A DNA stretch of 49,471 bases from Candidatus Sumerlaeia bacterium (GTDB taxonomy: Bacteria; Sumerlaeota; Sumerlaeia; SLMS01; JAHLLQ01), in the NCBI GenBank assembly GCA_033761985.1, contig JANRMB010000084.1:1-49471 (forward strand), given 5' to 3'. The notes beneath the pieces were generated by a model that ran no database searches, was not told where the DNA came from, and was given only the letters and a program-made list of their open reading frames with translations. Each line of letters starts with the position of its first letter. The first letter of the stretch is position 1. Position numbers and translations under genes: made by a program. Below, one piece after another: positions 49,173 through 49,471 of this stretch.

Positions 49173-49471
49173 GAACTGGCATGCATCGACTTGGGCGAAG
49201 CTATGGCGATGGAAGTGTTAAATCGTCATCAGAATGATTTACTGCTTTTCTCATAATTGCTCAGTGAATTGTTAGAGATCACACGGATTCGATTAAATGT
49301 GAAATATTAAAATAATTGATATCGTTTGGTTTAGGTTCTTTTCTTCTGGGATTTTTTCTTGATTACTCTGGTTGATTTTGAAAAGAAAAACGGAATCGTC
49401 AATTTTTCTAACACAAAACGGTCTTTACAACGTGGCGTTTATCCGTACACCTCCCGCGTCCCTGGCTAGGC

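Noticed and set aside
49430-49471. TCCCTGGCTAGG near the right edge, resembling the 16S rRNA 5' primer region (GATCCTGGCTCAG)
   Set aside because: The upstream bases do not match AGAGTTTGAT and the similarity covers only about 10 nt. It is most likely chance.
1-49471. Search for CRISPR arrays, transposases/integrases, reverse transcriptases (retron/DGR/group II intron) and prophage structural genes
   Set aside because: I saw no regularly spaced direct repeats of 24-40 nt and no ORF with DDE, tyrosine/serine recombinase or RT (YxDD) motifs. The only tandem or inverted repeats are the short elements reported above.

Overview
This is a 49.5-kb bacterial chromosomal window, densely coding on both strands, with G+C in the mid-50s % by eye. 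It likely comes from an uncultured lineage. The prepilin-type proteins with GFTLIELLVVVAIIAIL N-termini resemble PVC-group or related candidate phyla, but no taxon can be assigned from this sequence alone.

Main content, in order:
- A secreted PGRP-type amidase.
- An RND efflux adaptor and pump, with a convergent Rrf2 regulator.
- Scattered type IV pilus / T2SS-like parts: a short secretin, two prepilin-type proteins and PilT.
- A five-gene ECF sigma / anti-sigma operon that also carries two CpxP/Spy-like LTXXQ proteins and one of the pilin-like genes.
- A complete 14-subunit nuo (complex I) operon at 18.7-35.6 kb, in the non-canonical order nuoA-B-C-D-[3TM ORF]-E-F-G-H-I-J-K-N-[109-codon ORF]-L-M.
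- An 8-oxoguanine-deaminase-like amidohydrolase, a REC-HD-GYP regulator and an FAD oxidoreductase, packed as one unit.
- Two secreted surface proteins, a ParE/RelE toxin-antitoxin pair, an acetyltransferase, uppS, a GT87-like membrane protein, a TPR lipoprotein, an unknown single-pass membrane protein and recO.

I recognised no rRNA, tRNA, CRISPR array, transposase, integrase or reverse transcriptase.

The signals most worth a second look:
1. A 540-bp gene-free convergent spacer (14566-15104) with a G-rich inverted repeat, twin GGCCGTTGGCC hairpins and 9-nt-phased ATCCT/AGGATG repeat arrays. It may encode a regulatory RNA.
2. The rearranged nuo operon with two embedded uncharacterised ORFs. 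One of them lies in the same frame as nuoN, across a single TAA.
3. A low-G+C cassette covering a pilin head domain plus a BNR-like propeller gene.
4. A 171-bp inverted-repeat (MITE-like) element.

All family calls come from motif recognition by eye. No database search or computation was run.
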